Shown here piece after piece: positions 24,661 through 38,330 of a stretch of 64,000 bases of DNA. Origin of the DNA: Lama glama (Eukaryota). Each line of letters opens with the position of its first letter. The stretch's first letter is position 1. The stretch covers positions 92,444,001 through 92,508,000 of the forward strand of contig CM052817.1 in the NCBI GenBank assembly GCA_028534125.1, in the 5' to 3' direction. The translations under genes and the position numbers were made by a program. Below the pieces are notes generated by a model. That model saw only the letters and a list, made by a program, of their open reading frames with translations. It had not been told where the DNA came from and did not search any database.

Positions 24661-25789
24661 CCCACTATGCTAAATTCCTATTTTCCTCTTTTAAAATTTA
24701 GAACGACGAACTGTGGTCAAGGAGGAATCTCTGAAAAAAAGTCTTTGTATTAAATAAATAAGGGATAAATAACAATGCTACGCATTTCAATAATGTTCTA
24801 CACTTTTCTAACCACTGGTAGGAAATGTCATGTTGTAGTTTTATAGATAAATGGGCAAGTGACAGAAGAGACAGTTTATAAGAGAAGAAATACAACCTTT
24901 AAAATAGGGAGCTATATTTACTATCACTAATAAAAAAATTGTACCTCTTTCATCTAATACATTAATACTTGTCTCTACCAAAATTATAATTATTATAACA
25001 CTTACATGTGCACTTTAAATTTACTGTTATACATATTAATAAATTATGACTATTATAACTATAAATTATAAATATGTAAAATATGGTAATTATAGTATCA
25101 GTGCTGTATTAATGACGGCATTATAAAGTCACACGATTCTTTTGGAAAACAATTTGGCAGTTAGCATTGAGCCAAGAAAATGTCCATATTCTTTGCTCCA
25201 ATAATTCTACGTCTGGGTATCTACCCTAAAATCATTAGCCAAAATATGAGAAAGTCATATGTAGGATGATACTTATAATGGTTTAACATTTAAAACAGCA
25301 AATTGGTGGCAGTACTAAGCTCAGATGGGATCTCACTCTGCATGTCTGGGTTTGTCTGAAGGGCTGTGCATGTTACAGCCTGTGGGTGTCTGCTGATGGG
25401 CACTGGTATGCAAGCGGGGAAAGAAGCTGCCCTTAGGAACAGGGAAGCAGTAGGAAGAGGACAGGATGGGGTTTTCTGGGTTGAGCCCAGCCCAGCCCAG
25501 CCCAAAGAGAGGGAACCCCTCAAGTTCTGCATTAAGGAGAAAATACTGCATTTCCATTCTGCTTCAGGTGGTATAGTCTAGTGATTAAGAGAGCAACGGG
25601 CCTGTGTTCAGATTCTAAGATGCCTACTAACCAGGTGAGCGGGGACAAATGACTTCTCTGACCTCAGAGCCTTCACGTTGGTGATGAGTATTCCCGAGTC
25701 GTTAGGGGGTTCTTATTAGGGGACCGCTCCTTGTGCTTAGCACCAGAAAAACACAACCCTCCTAGTGCTAGGAGAGACTCATCCGTTTC

Positions 25790-26030
25790 ATGCCCTTAAC
25801 AGATAGTTGTACAGCATTTGACAAGTGCCAGACACTTTCTAAGCACTTTACAAAATGCACCAGGTGTAGTCCTCATTCCTGTCGTCTGAGGTAGGCGCTG
25901 CTGTGACCCCACTTTACAGATGAGAAAACTCTGAGGCTCAGCGGAGTTAAGTAACTTCTAGGTCATCTGACCATTTCATAATACACTTGGGATCTGTCTG
26001 ACCTCCAAGATCTCAATCACTAAACAATAC
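25790..26030 (-). mobile_element. MIR SINE
   Basis: gtgccagacacttttctaagcactttaca...cccactttacagatgagaaaact...gttaagtaactt. Confidence 0.75.
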
Positions 26031-28169
26031 CCAAACTGCCTTCCCGATATATTTGTGACATGATACTTTACTGTATTTGAAGATGTATAATTGTTAAATA
26101 TACTCATGTACATTTTTCTGTAAGTCATGTCAAAGGTTATCAAAAAATCACATGAGATACATATCCTTTACTTGGTTTATGTACATTACCAAGGGACTTA
26201 CAAAGAGAAGAATAAATATTGTATCACTTTTACTTTAAAAATCACTTTATTTCATTTGATCTCAGTAGAACCTGGTGGAAGAGGTGGGAAAGCAATATAT
26301 GAGATTTTGAAAAATGAAATTTATAGGGATCGACGCCCAGTGGAGAGAGCAGAGCATGAAGAGGAAGTGATTGCCTGGAGAACAGGACAGTCCTGTCCTC
26401 AGAACTTGAAGGCATAGCTAATGGAGAGTTAGATTTGTTCTGTACGTGATTAAGGAAAAGAACTAGCGCTTCAGAGTGGAGAGTGCAGGTTGACAGATTT
26501 TAGATAAGTGTAAATAACGTTCTTAGTCCATGTGATCAGAGATGGTCTGTGATGCTATTTTTGATAACAAGTTCTCTGTCACTGCAGGTATTAAATTTCA
26601 GGTAGTTTGGTGTCATATTAATTCAGAGTATCAGATTTCTTGTCAGAAGGACCTGGATTTGAATCTGTCATGTGCAATCTATGTGACCTCAGGCATCCTG
26701 TCTGTAAAGTGGGGACAGGAGTCATAATTACTGTGATATTGTGAGGACACAATGAAATAACACTAGTAAAAATCTTAGCAAAACAAGGACAGGGAGGCAC
26801 CTAAAAAAGGCATAATAGGTGATTGTTTCAGTTACATTTTTAAATGCAGGTTGGATGACCACTTTGCAGGTTGTAGGGAACCAAAGCATTGAACTAAAGG
26901 GTTTGCTCAAAGATATGAAAGATCCCTTCACACTGTGAGACCATGAGTCCATGACTCTGTGACCCACCCTGGGAAACAGTTACTACATAGGAGGAGTGGG
27001 GCTGGATCCCAGATCTCTTTACTGAGGGCAGCCAGGAGTGGGATGAGGGTGAAATGGGGACATTCCAGCTGAGGAAAATCCTTGTCGCTCCTGGTGCATG
27101 GGGTGGGGGTGCTGGGCCTCTGTTCTGATGGGGAAGTGGTTACCGGGTTAGAGGTCATAGCCCAGTTCCAGGACCCTCTCCTCCCCTCACCCCTCCTCTT
27201 CCCAATCTCCTGGATAAGTGGAAATGTCAGAGTGGTGTGTCCCGCCTGGCAGAGAGGACTTGGTCAGAGGTCAGTGATTGCAACCCTGGGTGCAAATGTG
27301 ATATAGACACTGGGGAAAGGAGCAAAGACCAACTGGGGTTACATTGCAAGTGTCCTTGGTGATGTCTGTGGCTATTGCTTCGACACTGTTTGCCGATTTC
27401 CAGAGCTGTGTGGAAAACAGACCGGCCAGGGGCCTCTCAGCTGGCGTGCAGCCTGTGAACGCTGTGAGCCCAGGTGACAAGCTGTTTGTTGATCCCGAGT
27501 GTTTGGGAAGGATGCAGCCCTGACATTAAGGAACAGATAGATTTTACTTCATCCACAGCATGATGCAGCAGGGCAAAATAAAGGAAGGGAAGTGCTGCCC
27601 CTAAGCATTCTCACTCTGTTGTTTGAGTACAGAGTGTGAAGTGCTGAGGGAGGGGGTCATGAGGACCCCACCGAGGGATTCAGCTTCCCCCACTCCCCAC
27701 CGTGCTGTGTCTGACGTGAGAGGACAGGGTATGTGCACTCTTTGTGCTGTGCACGTACATTTATGTGTGTGCATACAATTCTGTAAAAGCACTCTCTTTC
27801 ACATTTTATTTGTATGTTTAAAATGATTATTTAGAAACACACATGTGACTGATTTTAAGATCCCCGATCCTCACAGACGAGAGAATAAAGCTTCCTTTCC
27901 CCTACTTTCCTGTGATCTCTAGAATGACCTTTTGAGAGCTTTCCAGAAGGCTTTCTTTGCCCAGCTGGATTTCATAATAAAATAGCTCACGTGGAGGTTA
28001 GTTTACTTAGAAGCTGTAAACTCTAAATTGTCACATGCTCTACTGTGTTTCTTTTGAGATGTACCCTCCTTGTTTTGATCCTTTGCTAAACTGTCTTGTT
28101 CTGCATTCCTTGGTTAGGTACGAAGGGGTTGGTATTTGGGGTATCTGTCCATTGGGCGGAGCTGTTCTA

Positions 28170-28520
28170 ACATTCTTGGAGTAATTGTTCAATGAATGTC
28201 TGATTCCAGGTGCATTTATTGAGCACCCACTGCATGTACTGGGCTGAGGTCTAAAGAGACAGACACACAAATAGATGATTATGATACAATATGGTAGGCA
28301 CAGTGCTAAGGATGTGGAGATATAGCCAGGTGACTGGGGAGCAGTGAAGGGTGCCTGGCCCAGAGTCTGGGCATTTGGGAGGCTTCTTGAAGAAGATGGA
28401 GATGGATCCACATCTTGAAAAGTGAGCAGGCGTTTCCAGGCAAGGGACAGGGGCATGGGACGTGGAGAGCAAGGTCATGCCAGTCAGATGAGACAGCACA
28501 ACCAAGACATGGAGCCAAGG
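28170..28520 (-). mobile_element. L2 3' end
   Basis: gcatttattgagcacccactgcatgtactgggc...ggaggcttcttgaagaagatg...gcgtttccaggcaagggacagggg. Confidence 0.65.
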
Positions 28521-28699
28521 AACAGCATAATATGTTCAAATAAATAAAAGCTCATTGGTATTTCTGGGCTACCAAAGGCAAGGCAGGGGAAAGCAAGAGA
28601 TAATTGAGTCCGAGATGCTCCTAAGTATTGAGGAGGCTTTAACTAGGGAAGTGACAATGTTAATTTTATGCTGTAGCTAAATTTATGTGGCTTTGGGTT

Positions 28700-29478
28700 G
28701 AACTCTTGGGAGCTGTGAGAAGAATCTGTTCTATGCCTCTCCTTTAACTTCTAATGGTTTGCTGGCCATCTTTGAAGTTCGAAGCATCATCCCAGTCTCT
28801 GCCTTCCCCTTCACATGGTGTGCTCCCTGTGTGTGTCTGTGTCCAAATAGCCCCTCTTTATAAGGACACATATTGGATCAGGGTCCACCCTAATGACCTC
28901 ATCTTTTTTCATCTAATAAATAGTATATATATTTAAGGTATAAAACATGATCATTTGATATACATTTACATAGTGAAATTGTTCCTGGAGTCAAGCTAAT
29001 TAACACATCCATCCCTTCACACAGTTGCCATTTTTTCTCTTTTTCTGTGTGTGTGTGTGTGGTGAGAGCACCAGAAACTTCCAGTATTCATGTAGTACTG
29101 TTAACTCTAGTCTTCACCCTGTGCCTTAGATCTCTAGACTTACTCATCCATAGAGCTGCAGCTGTGTACCCTTTGACCAATGTCTCTCCTTTTCCCCCAC
29201 CTCCTCACCCCTGCTAACCACTTCAACTCTCAGCTTCTGTGTTTTTAACTTTGTTAGTATCCATATATAAGTGAGATCATGCAGGTTTTTTCTATGTCTG
29301 GTTTATTAGCATAGTGTCCTCTAGTTTCATCCACATTACCTAATGACCTCATCTTAAGTTAACTAAATATACCTGCAATAACTCTATTCTCAAATAGAGT
29401 CACATTCTGAGATACTGGGAGTTATGACTTAAACATGTCAATTTGGTGGGGGGGGGCGCCATAATTCAGCCCATAACA
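28700..29478 (-). mobile_element. MLT1A/B-type LTR split by an L1 insertion
   Basis: gaatctgttctatgcctctc...ttataaggacac...ccctaatgacctcatctt; resumes at ~29356 with gtcacattctgagatactggg...ataattcagcccataaca. Confidence 0.8.
28906..29338 (-). mobile_element. L1MA-like 3' end with 17-bp TSD
   Basis: cctaatgacctcatctt at 28889-28905 and 29339-29355; body tatatttaaggtataaaacatga...tataagtgagatcatgcag. Confidence 0.85.
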
Positions 29479-30099
29479 GGTGCTAATGACAAGCTGCAGA
29501 GGCCTCTTTTGGCAAGTCCAAGGGTAGGTCACCCTTGGGTTAAGAATGAATAAACAGAAAAACAAACAAAGAAGAAACACAGTGGTGAAGAGGACTTCTT
29601 GCCTCAGGAGCCAGAGGAAAATGCAAGAAAAATTATGTAGCCTGTTAAACATGATGTAAAGAAGACACAATTTTTTTTAAAAAAAGAAGCAGAAAGTCCA
29701 AAGAGAAATCATGCATAGATGAAAATGAAAGGAGGATGAGATGCAGACAAACTGAGAAGAAAGGGACCCGTGGGAGATGAGAAAAATGCAGAGACATCAA
29801 CATTTCAGGGGCCAAATGGAAACCTGATTTGATGGAAGAAATCAACGGAATTTGCTTAGGGTTACTTAATATTTTAAAAAATTATTTTATGTTTTTTTCC
29901 TTCCTATATTTTCCCTTTCCCTCTATCTCAGTCAAGCACATAGCTGGCTTTACACTCATTGCTTTAGGAGATAAAAGGTAGGACAAAATGGATAAGGTGT
30001 CCTGAAAACTCTTCCTTCCCAGCTTTTGTTTCCAAGAACCCAAGTCCCAGAAAAGGAGAGGGTTTTCAGATAGAGGCAGAATGGCTTCCAAGGCTCATA

Positions 30100-31140
30100 A
30101 CTGATCTCTCCCCTTCCTTCCCCCTTTGAAAACCATAAGTTTGTTTTCTATCATTTGATTCTTTATTTTAGTTGTCTCATGAAATTTTCCATTTAATCAT
30201 TTATCTTATTAAATAAGTTAAACATAATCTTTAAAAAGTCTATGCCAATAACTTTAATATCTGTGTCAATAGTAGGTTTGAGTCCACTATTTTTTACTTT
30301 AGTTCTGTCCCATAGTGTGGTTACTAATTTTTTTTGCTAATTTTTTATTGAATGCCAGATGTTGTATATGAAAAGCATACAGTCTTTGGATGATATTATC
30401 TTCATCCAGAGAAAGTGTACCTTTTGGAGGGATAGCAGTAAAAGTAGACACGGTTTCCTTATTCCAGAGATTAAGTTTATTTCTGGATTTTGATCTTAAG
30501 ACTGATCTATTTTGGTTCACACTTGATTTTGGAATAAAGGCTTTCAGAAATTCTAACTCATAGCCTGGGGGTGCTTACCAGAATTCCACCTCCTTGGCAG
30601 GCCCTGGAATCTGAGCTCACCTTGTTCAGTGAGAATGCCTGAGGTTCTGCTCAGTTTCGGAACCTCCGGCCACATGCTGAAACCTTGAAGGGAAAGCAGC
30701 GCCCAGGGCAGTTTGCTCCTCTTCACTGACATCCTCTCCAGGATCTGGACTCATGGTCTCGCTACCTTGTCGTTCCCACACTCCAGTTTTCATCTCTCCA
30801 GCCTTGAGGGGCTGCTCAAAGCTCTGTTCGGCACCTTTACCTCTTTGCCACTACTTTTTGCTTAGCTTCTCAACCTCTTAACCCTGCACTGATAAATAAG
30901 TGACAGATTCTAAGGAGAAAAGCTGAGCAGGTCTATGCATACTGGGATCACCTCCATACATATTCCTTCTTCCCAAGACCTTAGTCCCTGAAGTCCTGGC
31001 TGCCTGGGTAGCTTCCGTTTGCTTTCAGATAAGTTCTTTGTTTTGTTTTGTTTTTGGTATTTTATCCAGCTTTTCTAGTTGTTCTTGTAATAGAATTGGT
31101 CTGACATGGGTGGTCTGTTGTACCTAGAAGCAGAAGTCCT
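30100..31140 (-). mobile_element. Old L1M fragments (boundaries approximate)
   Basis: Short L1 3' UTR piece (aaccataagtttgttttcta), then T-rich sequence typical of antisense L1M (ttttttattgaatgccagatgttgta). Confidence 0.5.
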
Positions 31141-31772
31141 CAACAATGTATTTTTTAAGAAGATTAAGAAGAGTGAGCAGATGTTTGATCTTTAAGGTAT
31201 TAGAAGTTATTATTAAACTAAAAAACTAAAATATACTCATACCTTTAAATGTAAATTAGTCTGTCTGGATTTTAAAAATTGCTTTGTATGGGAAATCCTT
31301 ATGAATATCAAATGATCTGAAGCAAAGCATCTCTTTTCCCACACATTCTCTGAATTTTTTGTTTGTATATATGAGGCATTCTAAATTACAATCTATATGA
31401 AACCGTGTGGTACTCTGCAGCCATTTAACTTATATTTCGATGTTATTTGGTACAAATTATGTAATTTTTACTCCCAGTTAAAAACAAAGAAAACTCTTTT
31501 TACTGTAAATAGTGAGAAGCAGCAGAGAAGTTTAAATTTCCATTATAAATTAATTCTGTTGTTTCTAGGGGGTGAAGTCAACCTGTAGTCACAGAGAGAG
31601 CCCACCCCCACAACTGTCTAGTGTGTGCTAAGGGAAAGCACTCAGCACAGAAGCAGTCAGGGAAGGCTGCCTGGGGGAAGGCTCCCATCAAGGCTGTAGT
31701 GGAAAGCACTGTGAAATACTAGCAGTTCTCAAAGGGGAAACTTGACCATTAATATCTGTGCCTAACACATGC

Positions 31773-31912
31773 TTTTTTTTTTTTTTTGGAGGAGGAGGAG
31801 GGAGGTAATTAGAGGTTATCTATTTATTTATTTAAATGGAGATGTTGGGGATTGAACCCAGGACCTCGTGCATGCTAAGCACACACTCTACTACTGAGCT
31901 ATATCCTTCCCC
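31773..31912 (-). mobile_element. Vic-1-type camelid tRNA-derived SINE
   Basis: Minus strand GGGGAAGGATATAGCTCAGTAGTAGAGTGTGTGCTTAGCATGCACGAGGTCCTGGGTTCAATCCCCA (A and B boxes), then (TAAA)n, CT tract and poly(A); degenerate TSD tgtgcctaacacatgc/tatgcctaccaaatgt. Confidence 0.85.
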
Positions 31913-34900
31913 TATGCCTACCAAATGTGTTGACATATAACAAAGTGTCCAAATATCTTAGAGTTTCTTGTCTGGAAATCAGACAAGCCTGAAACTGAAA
32001 TGACCAGATCCACTTTTATTCCCTCAAACTGAGTAAAGGTTAATTATTCTCAGTCTTAGTTTCTTCCCCTGTAAGATTGTGGAATTTGGACTGGATAATC
32101 TTTAAGTATTAAAGCATGATTTTATCCAGATGGGTTTTGCTGTACTGTGGGTAGAAGAAATTTTTGCCGTCATTACTGCCTTAACCATTGAGAGCTTGGC
32201 ACCTGCCCATTTTGATCTTCCTCCATCCACCTCGGCTGAAGTAGGACAGTCTGGAATTTGGAGACTCCTTTGTTGTCCACCTATATTTCTCAAGGGCCTG
32301 AGGCTGCTCAGCCAAGAAAAATGGCAAGGCTGGGGCAGCAAGATGTGCCATGTGAATGTCTCATGATGAGGACAGAAAAGCAGGCTGCTACCAGTGTAAG
32401 GAGGGGCTGAGGATAAGATAACAAGTGCATGACCAAAACCTGCCCAACTCGGGGTTAGCAGAAGGGAGGTATGTCTGGTTTCCAGAAAATAAAACCCAAA
32501 TACTCCTGATGGGAGTCTAATCTTCAACTATCTAGGCTCCTTGGGATGTTTCCAGTTTAAAATAGGATAAAGTCTAACAAGCACATCCTCAGGAAGTTTG
32601 AAAATGTTCTCTCTTTGACTGGTGGTAGCAGATACCTGGTACAGGTGCTGCTATTTCTCCATCCTGCACAGATGGCAGGACTCGGGTAACACATAATGAC
32701 ACCCTTTTTCATGAGTCTAGAGAATGTCTCAGAATCCTTGCAAATGTAATACACAAGCCAGGACCTGGCTTACAGGATAAAACTGATCAACCACACCCAT
32801 CTTAGGCATGCAAACGGGGCACCGCTTGCCATGAGGTGAATAGTGATGCCAATAAGGGTGTCAGCCCAGAGGTTAGACTCATTAGAGATCCTCTGGTACC
32901 CAGCATTAGTGCAGGATGCAGTCATACAGCAGGATTGCTTTCCATCCCTGCCCTGCCCCTGCTTATGCAAAGTGTTATGGTCTAATGATTCCTTTAAAAT
33001 TTGATTTCATACTAGAAATAACTAACTGTGATCCTTTTTTGAAGAAAGATTTTTATCCCAGGCAGGCTCGCTGCAAGCACTTTTGGGTGGAGCAAGAGTA
33101 CACAGGAGGCCGTAGGCTCGCCCCCTTCTCTTATGGCCCCCTCCGTGTCTCACCATGAGCGACCTTGTGCACATGATGTGACACCCTAGCTTATACATCA
33201 AAGTTACATGAACAGTGTGCTCAACAGGCAACTCACAGGCACCTTTGTGCCCTAGGATGCCCGCATCTGGGTACATGGATCTACTCTCAGCGGGATGGGA
33301 AGGACACCAGGCAGAGAACAATGGGGTCCGGGTTGGAGTGTGGTCTGCATGGTGAGGGTGACCTAGCTCCACTCAGCACAGTGTCCATGGTCCTTCTGGA
33401 GCCGTCGTCGGAGGCTGTCTGACCTGGGTGGGTGGACCAGGCGGGGCCCGCTTAAAGCATGGTGCCCAAGACAGGACAGCAATGGCCCAGGTCTGAGGCC
33501 AGCACTGAACCCAAATGGCTCGCTGATTCCTAGCATTTCAGCTTGTATTATATTAAACAATATATATTTAAAAGTACAGGCAGAGGGAAGGCCAGATATC
33601 TGGGGTAAAGTCTGCCCACAAACTTAGCTTCACTGAGCGTTTTTACTGAATTTCTTCCTTTCCTCCTCTTAGGAACCAGAGGGGTCACTAAAATCCTCAG
33701 GTTTGCTTTTTTTCTTCCAAGGGTTTCCATGGCAGCTGCAGTCAGAGGGGAGGAGGGAGAGAAGACAGAGGAGGGAGTCCACCGGAAAGGGCAGAGGTGT
33801 GTGCGGGGGAAGATGCTTCTTCCCATAAGAGGTGGTGCCAGTGACCTGCCTTCTGCTTTGTCTTTTTTGTGAATCTTTTTTCTTTTTTGCCAGAGCTCTC
33901 AGGTTAGAGATTTTGCACTGGGGTAGAGTATCCCTTCCCATTTCCAAAGACTCCATCTGTAGATGGGGGAGGGAGAGCCGTAGAAACATATGAGGGAGGG
34001 TGAGCACGTGGTTGTCTCTCCTGCTGGTCCTGGCTCAGGCAGCACTGCCCCATCCCCGCCCCTCACAGCCAGCGATGTCAATCAGAAATGGAACCTGGAC
34101 GTTTCTAAGGGGGCTGGCCTGAATGATTCTGAAACCTGACCTAGCTTTTTCACTCAGTGAACTCCTTATGTCCTTCTCTCCTGTGTTTCTCTCTCTCCCT
34201 CTTGCCAACCTGAGAAAGAACAGTACCCAGTTTTGTCTGCTGGTGTCGCTGTCTGAGAGCTTTCTTGGTGGAAGGCCCACTCAGCATTGAGCCCGCTGTC
34301 AAGGTTAAGGCTTTATTGTTTTAAAAGTAGCACCCTCGGATTCTTAAATGATTGTCTCGTTTCATGTGGATCATTTTGACCTTTGCTTATTTCTTCATTC
34401 AGGCCATCCATATTTTTAAAGAAGCTTTTAAAAGAGCAACTGAGGTTGCCTCTTTTGCGGAGAAAATACAAAGTGCAAGAGAAGGAAGACTTTGGTGGGG
34501 AGGGAGCTTTTGAAAGCTGAAGGATCTGACCTAGACCGTGCTTTTGGATGAGATTTTTGTACAGGCTTTGCACGAGCTTAAGACTGTCAGGGGAGGCCAC
34601 CAGAAGTCACCGGGCCAGCCGGATGGAAGGTGCCCGAGGCGTGCTAGCTGCAGGCTCCGTGCCCCTGGGAACAGGCTGGCCCTAGCAGGGCTGTAGAGGG
34701 GAATGTTGCCAGTTTAAGGCCACAGACCCAAGAGGAAATTACATTTCAAGCTGAAACAAAATCCTGTGGGAATATTTCATGTTAAGTAATGTTTGCGTCA
34801 TGAAGGATGTCATCTGTCTTCCACATAATCATTTCTCCCTTTGATCCTTTGGCTTCCTGTGTTCATGATGGAATAAAGTGCATTGTCTCTGCTGAGTGCT

Positions 34901-35468
34901 TCTGCAAGCTCTTCTTGATGATTATTTGAGTTACACTTGAATTCAAAGCTCTGCCCTCCTTTTCTGCCCTAGTTGTATGGAGCATTAAGGGGGAATGTAT
35001 CCTTCTAGCTTTTACTGGAGAAGTAAAACTTTAACCAGAGTGTATTGAATGTGGGCCTCAAATTTAGTCACAGGGAATGAATGGTCTTTAGCCCAATATT
35101 ACCCTCTAGTGGGATACAATAGAATCAGGTATATGGGATGCAACTGAACAGGTGTAACTGGAAATTTTGCATCAGGTCTGCTCTGTGGCAAATACAAGTG
35201 GCTATGAAGACTAGAAAAAAGAAGAAGAAGGAAAAAGAAAATTAAAAATTTGTTTCCCATTTAGAAAGTTGCTAGCCTTCAGTGAGGGTAGAGCATTTTG
35301 TTATATTTAATAACTTCCCCATTTTCTTTCATTTCTTTCATTTTAGTCTCTCATTTCTCTCTGGAAATAGCTGACATTTCAATACAAATTATACAGGAGT
35401 ATTGTCCAAATATCTGATGCAAAGATTTCCTTTTTGGCTTTTGATGAAATTTAATATGGATCATATAT

Positions 35469-35551
35469 ATATATATTTTATTGAAGTACCATCAGTTGCA
35501 ATGTGTCAGTTCTGGTGTACAGCACAGTGTCCCAGTCATGCTTATACACAC
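35469..35551 (-). mobile_element. Short L1 3' end
   Basis: ttttattgaagtac...tctggtgtacagcacagtgtcccagtcatg; degenerate TSD atggatcatatat/atagatcatacat. Confidence 0.75.
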
Positions 35552-36639
35552 ATAGATCATACATTGTTTTATACCAAGGTTTTGTTCACTTCCAAAACTT
35601 CAAAAGTCAACCCCCTCCTCTACTTCTCACTCTTAGGTCTAAATTTGGGTTAAGAGTCGTTGGCACATTGCATGTGGTTCATGGATTTTGACAGTGTGAC
35701 AAAGGATGCTGTAAATTATATACCAAAGCCAGCAAGTGGGAAAAAGGAATAAACTGTAACCCCTCATAGAGTTTAGGTTCCTTACCCCACAGAATGTCAA
35801 TAAGGGCTGAGAAATTAGTCTATGGAGAATAGGCAGTGACTGATTATAAACATTCTTATATGCTTGTTTATTATTCTGTAGGAAGTTGAGGAGGTTTGAA
35901 GCAGAGGAAAACATGATTACATTGAAGTTTTAGAAAGAGTGTGTAAGCAGCAGCTTAAAAAGATGAACTGGGGGGTGTGAGAGGAAGGCCTAGGGGCAGA
36001 CAGATAGAGTGGCTACAGTCCAGCCATCTTGGTTGTAATCAAGTCTTTATGCTTTTCAAACACATGCCATCAACTTCATACACACATTATGAAAGTGCGG
36101 CACCACTTTCATCCTGGACCATTTCTTCCTTGCTTGCCAGTGATTGGAAGAGTAAGTATATCCCACTCAGACTAACTGATAGCCACAGGGTTATTCTGAA
36201 TGACTGCCTTCCAGTTGTTAAAAAACAGAAGGAAAGGAAAAGGGAAAAATAAGGAAAGTTGCCTTGGAGTTGCCAGTGTCAGAGACTATAAATCCACAGG
36301 AATCTTCCGTCAGAACATCAACCTATAAGCTCGCCCTTTGGGTCACACTTTGGGGCAGAGGGTTGGACCATCAGATATTGTGCAAAGATATCAAGATGCG
36401 ACAAGCTGCTGTGAGCCTGCTCCATCACCGAAGGCTGAGACATACTTTGTTCCTTTAAGTAAAAGGCAATAGAGCTTCTCCCGGTATGTGGCAGGGAGTT
36501 AAGCTTGCTACTTTAAAGATAACCTATTTTTTTTAAAGTACAGTCTGTAGCGAAGAGGATACATCAAATATAATATAAGTCTAATAAAAGCCTCTTGCGC
36601 ATATGAGCAAATACCAGGCTGGATAAAACAGTATCTTGG

Positions 36640-38330
36640 GACTAGACAGAAGAACAGAGATAGGGGCTGAGAAGAAATAATGGGTTGGTCTCAGTCACGA
36701 GGTGGGTCATACTTAAGCAAGAAGAATCAAGAGTGACTCACATTTCTGGCTTCAGGAATTGGATGGATATTGGTGTTATTAGTTAAGCTTAGAAACAACA
36801 AAGGAGAACAAGTTTTGGGGAGAAAATAGTCCAGTTTTTGAAGTGCATACAGTAAATTCAGGAATGAGAGTGTGGACCATGCCTGAAACACCCAGGGCAC
36901 TCACTGTCTGCTTGTTGAATGAAGCAGGTCAGGAGAGAAGCCTGAGCTTAGATACCCTTTGAGAGTCAGCAGCTGACAGGCAGGAGCCGAAATCAGGGCA
37001 AGCAGTGGAGAAGACAACCTTGAACAGATCTTTGTGGTACCCAGTGTTGAAAGGATGTCAAAGGAAGGCAGCCTAGGAAAGTAGATGGAGGATTTGTCAG
37101 AGGGGGAGAAAAAGGAATCCGGAAGATCCTGGGGTCACAGAGACCGTGCAAGAAAGGAAAGAATTTTAGGGAATTCAGTGAGGGAATGCCAGCATATCTA
37201 AATGCCACAGAAAGAAGTAAGTTAGTTAAGAACCAGAAGGGATCTATTGGATTCAGCAGTTAAGGAATCACAGGTGCCCTCAGCAGAAGCGGTTTCCACG
37301 CAGTGCTGAATCCAGGCATCACATTGAAGGTGAATCGAAGTTAGATTGAAAGTGAAGAAACCGAGGCAGCAAGGTTATGTTCATTTTTCATGATGCTTGG
37401 CTATGAAATGGTTGATGTCAGTAAATACAGGGTGTCCCAGAGGGATTGAATAAGTATTCTTACAATAGGAGGCCAAGAAATCTGTTGTGAAGGAGATGTG
37501 AAAATAAAAGAGAGATGGGTTAAAGGAAGCCAGATTTTTATCCAGGATGGAGGAAGGAGAAAAGTAGATTGCTGGAACAGACACGTTGGTAGTTGAGGGG
37601 CTAAAAGCTGAGACTTGCAGCCAGTTGCACCAATGATTTCTGTGAACTCAGAATCAAAATTTTCACCTAAGAGAGGGAAGGAAGTGGGAACAGGGGACTT
37701 GAAGAGACTAGTTAAGAATAGCTATTAGGGGTTTAGGAGGGTTGAATCAGGGACAGGAAAGAGATTGTTGAGTGACATTCAGGACTCGTCTAAAGACTGA
37801 AGACATGACATTGTGGCAGCACAAATGTACAGAGTGTGAATGCTCTCCCCCAGCAGCCCGGATGTGACTGAAGAAGGCAGATCTTTGTGATGATTCGAGA
37901 TCTGGGGACTGCCGAGCGGTCACCCCAAGTGGCAGCCAAAGAAAATGAGGGGAAATGGAGTTGGGAGAGCTGAGAAGACAGCAGTTGAAGAGATGACCAG
38001 AAGATCGAATCTGAATAGGAAAGTTAGTGAGAGACATTGGAAATGGATAGAAAGGTTAAAAGCCTAGAAGTGCCAAGAATAGGTGCAGTGGGATGGACAG
38101 AGCCGGCAAGTGAGGGGTTCACCTGTCTAAGGTACAGCAGGGGATGGAAATCCAGGAAATCAAGGCTGGAGCGTTTGCAGGGCTCTCTGAACAGATGAAG
38201 TTCCCTGAAGGGTAGCAAACATTGGGGCAGAGGAAGTCTGTGCACCAGCTGCTCGGTATTTAGTGAATTTTGGCGAAGGCTCAGGATAACCCAGAAGAAG
38301 TTTGGTAGATGTGACAGAATAAAGGAGGAC
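36640..38330 (-). mobile_element. Degraded L2 LINE (boundaries approximate)
   Basis: Long purine-rich tract with L2 motifs (gagtgactcacatttctggctt, gatctattggattcagcagttaaggaatcacaggtg). Confidence 0.6.

Noticed and set aside
31835..31912. tRNA gene
   Set aside because: It has A and B boxes, but the AT/CT tail, poly(A) and TSD mark it as a SINE.
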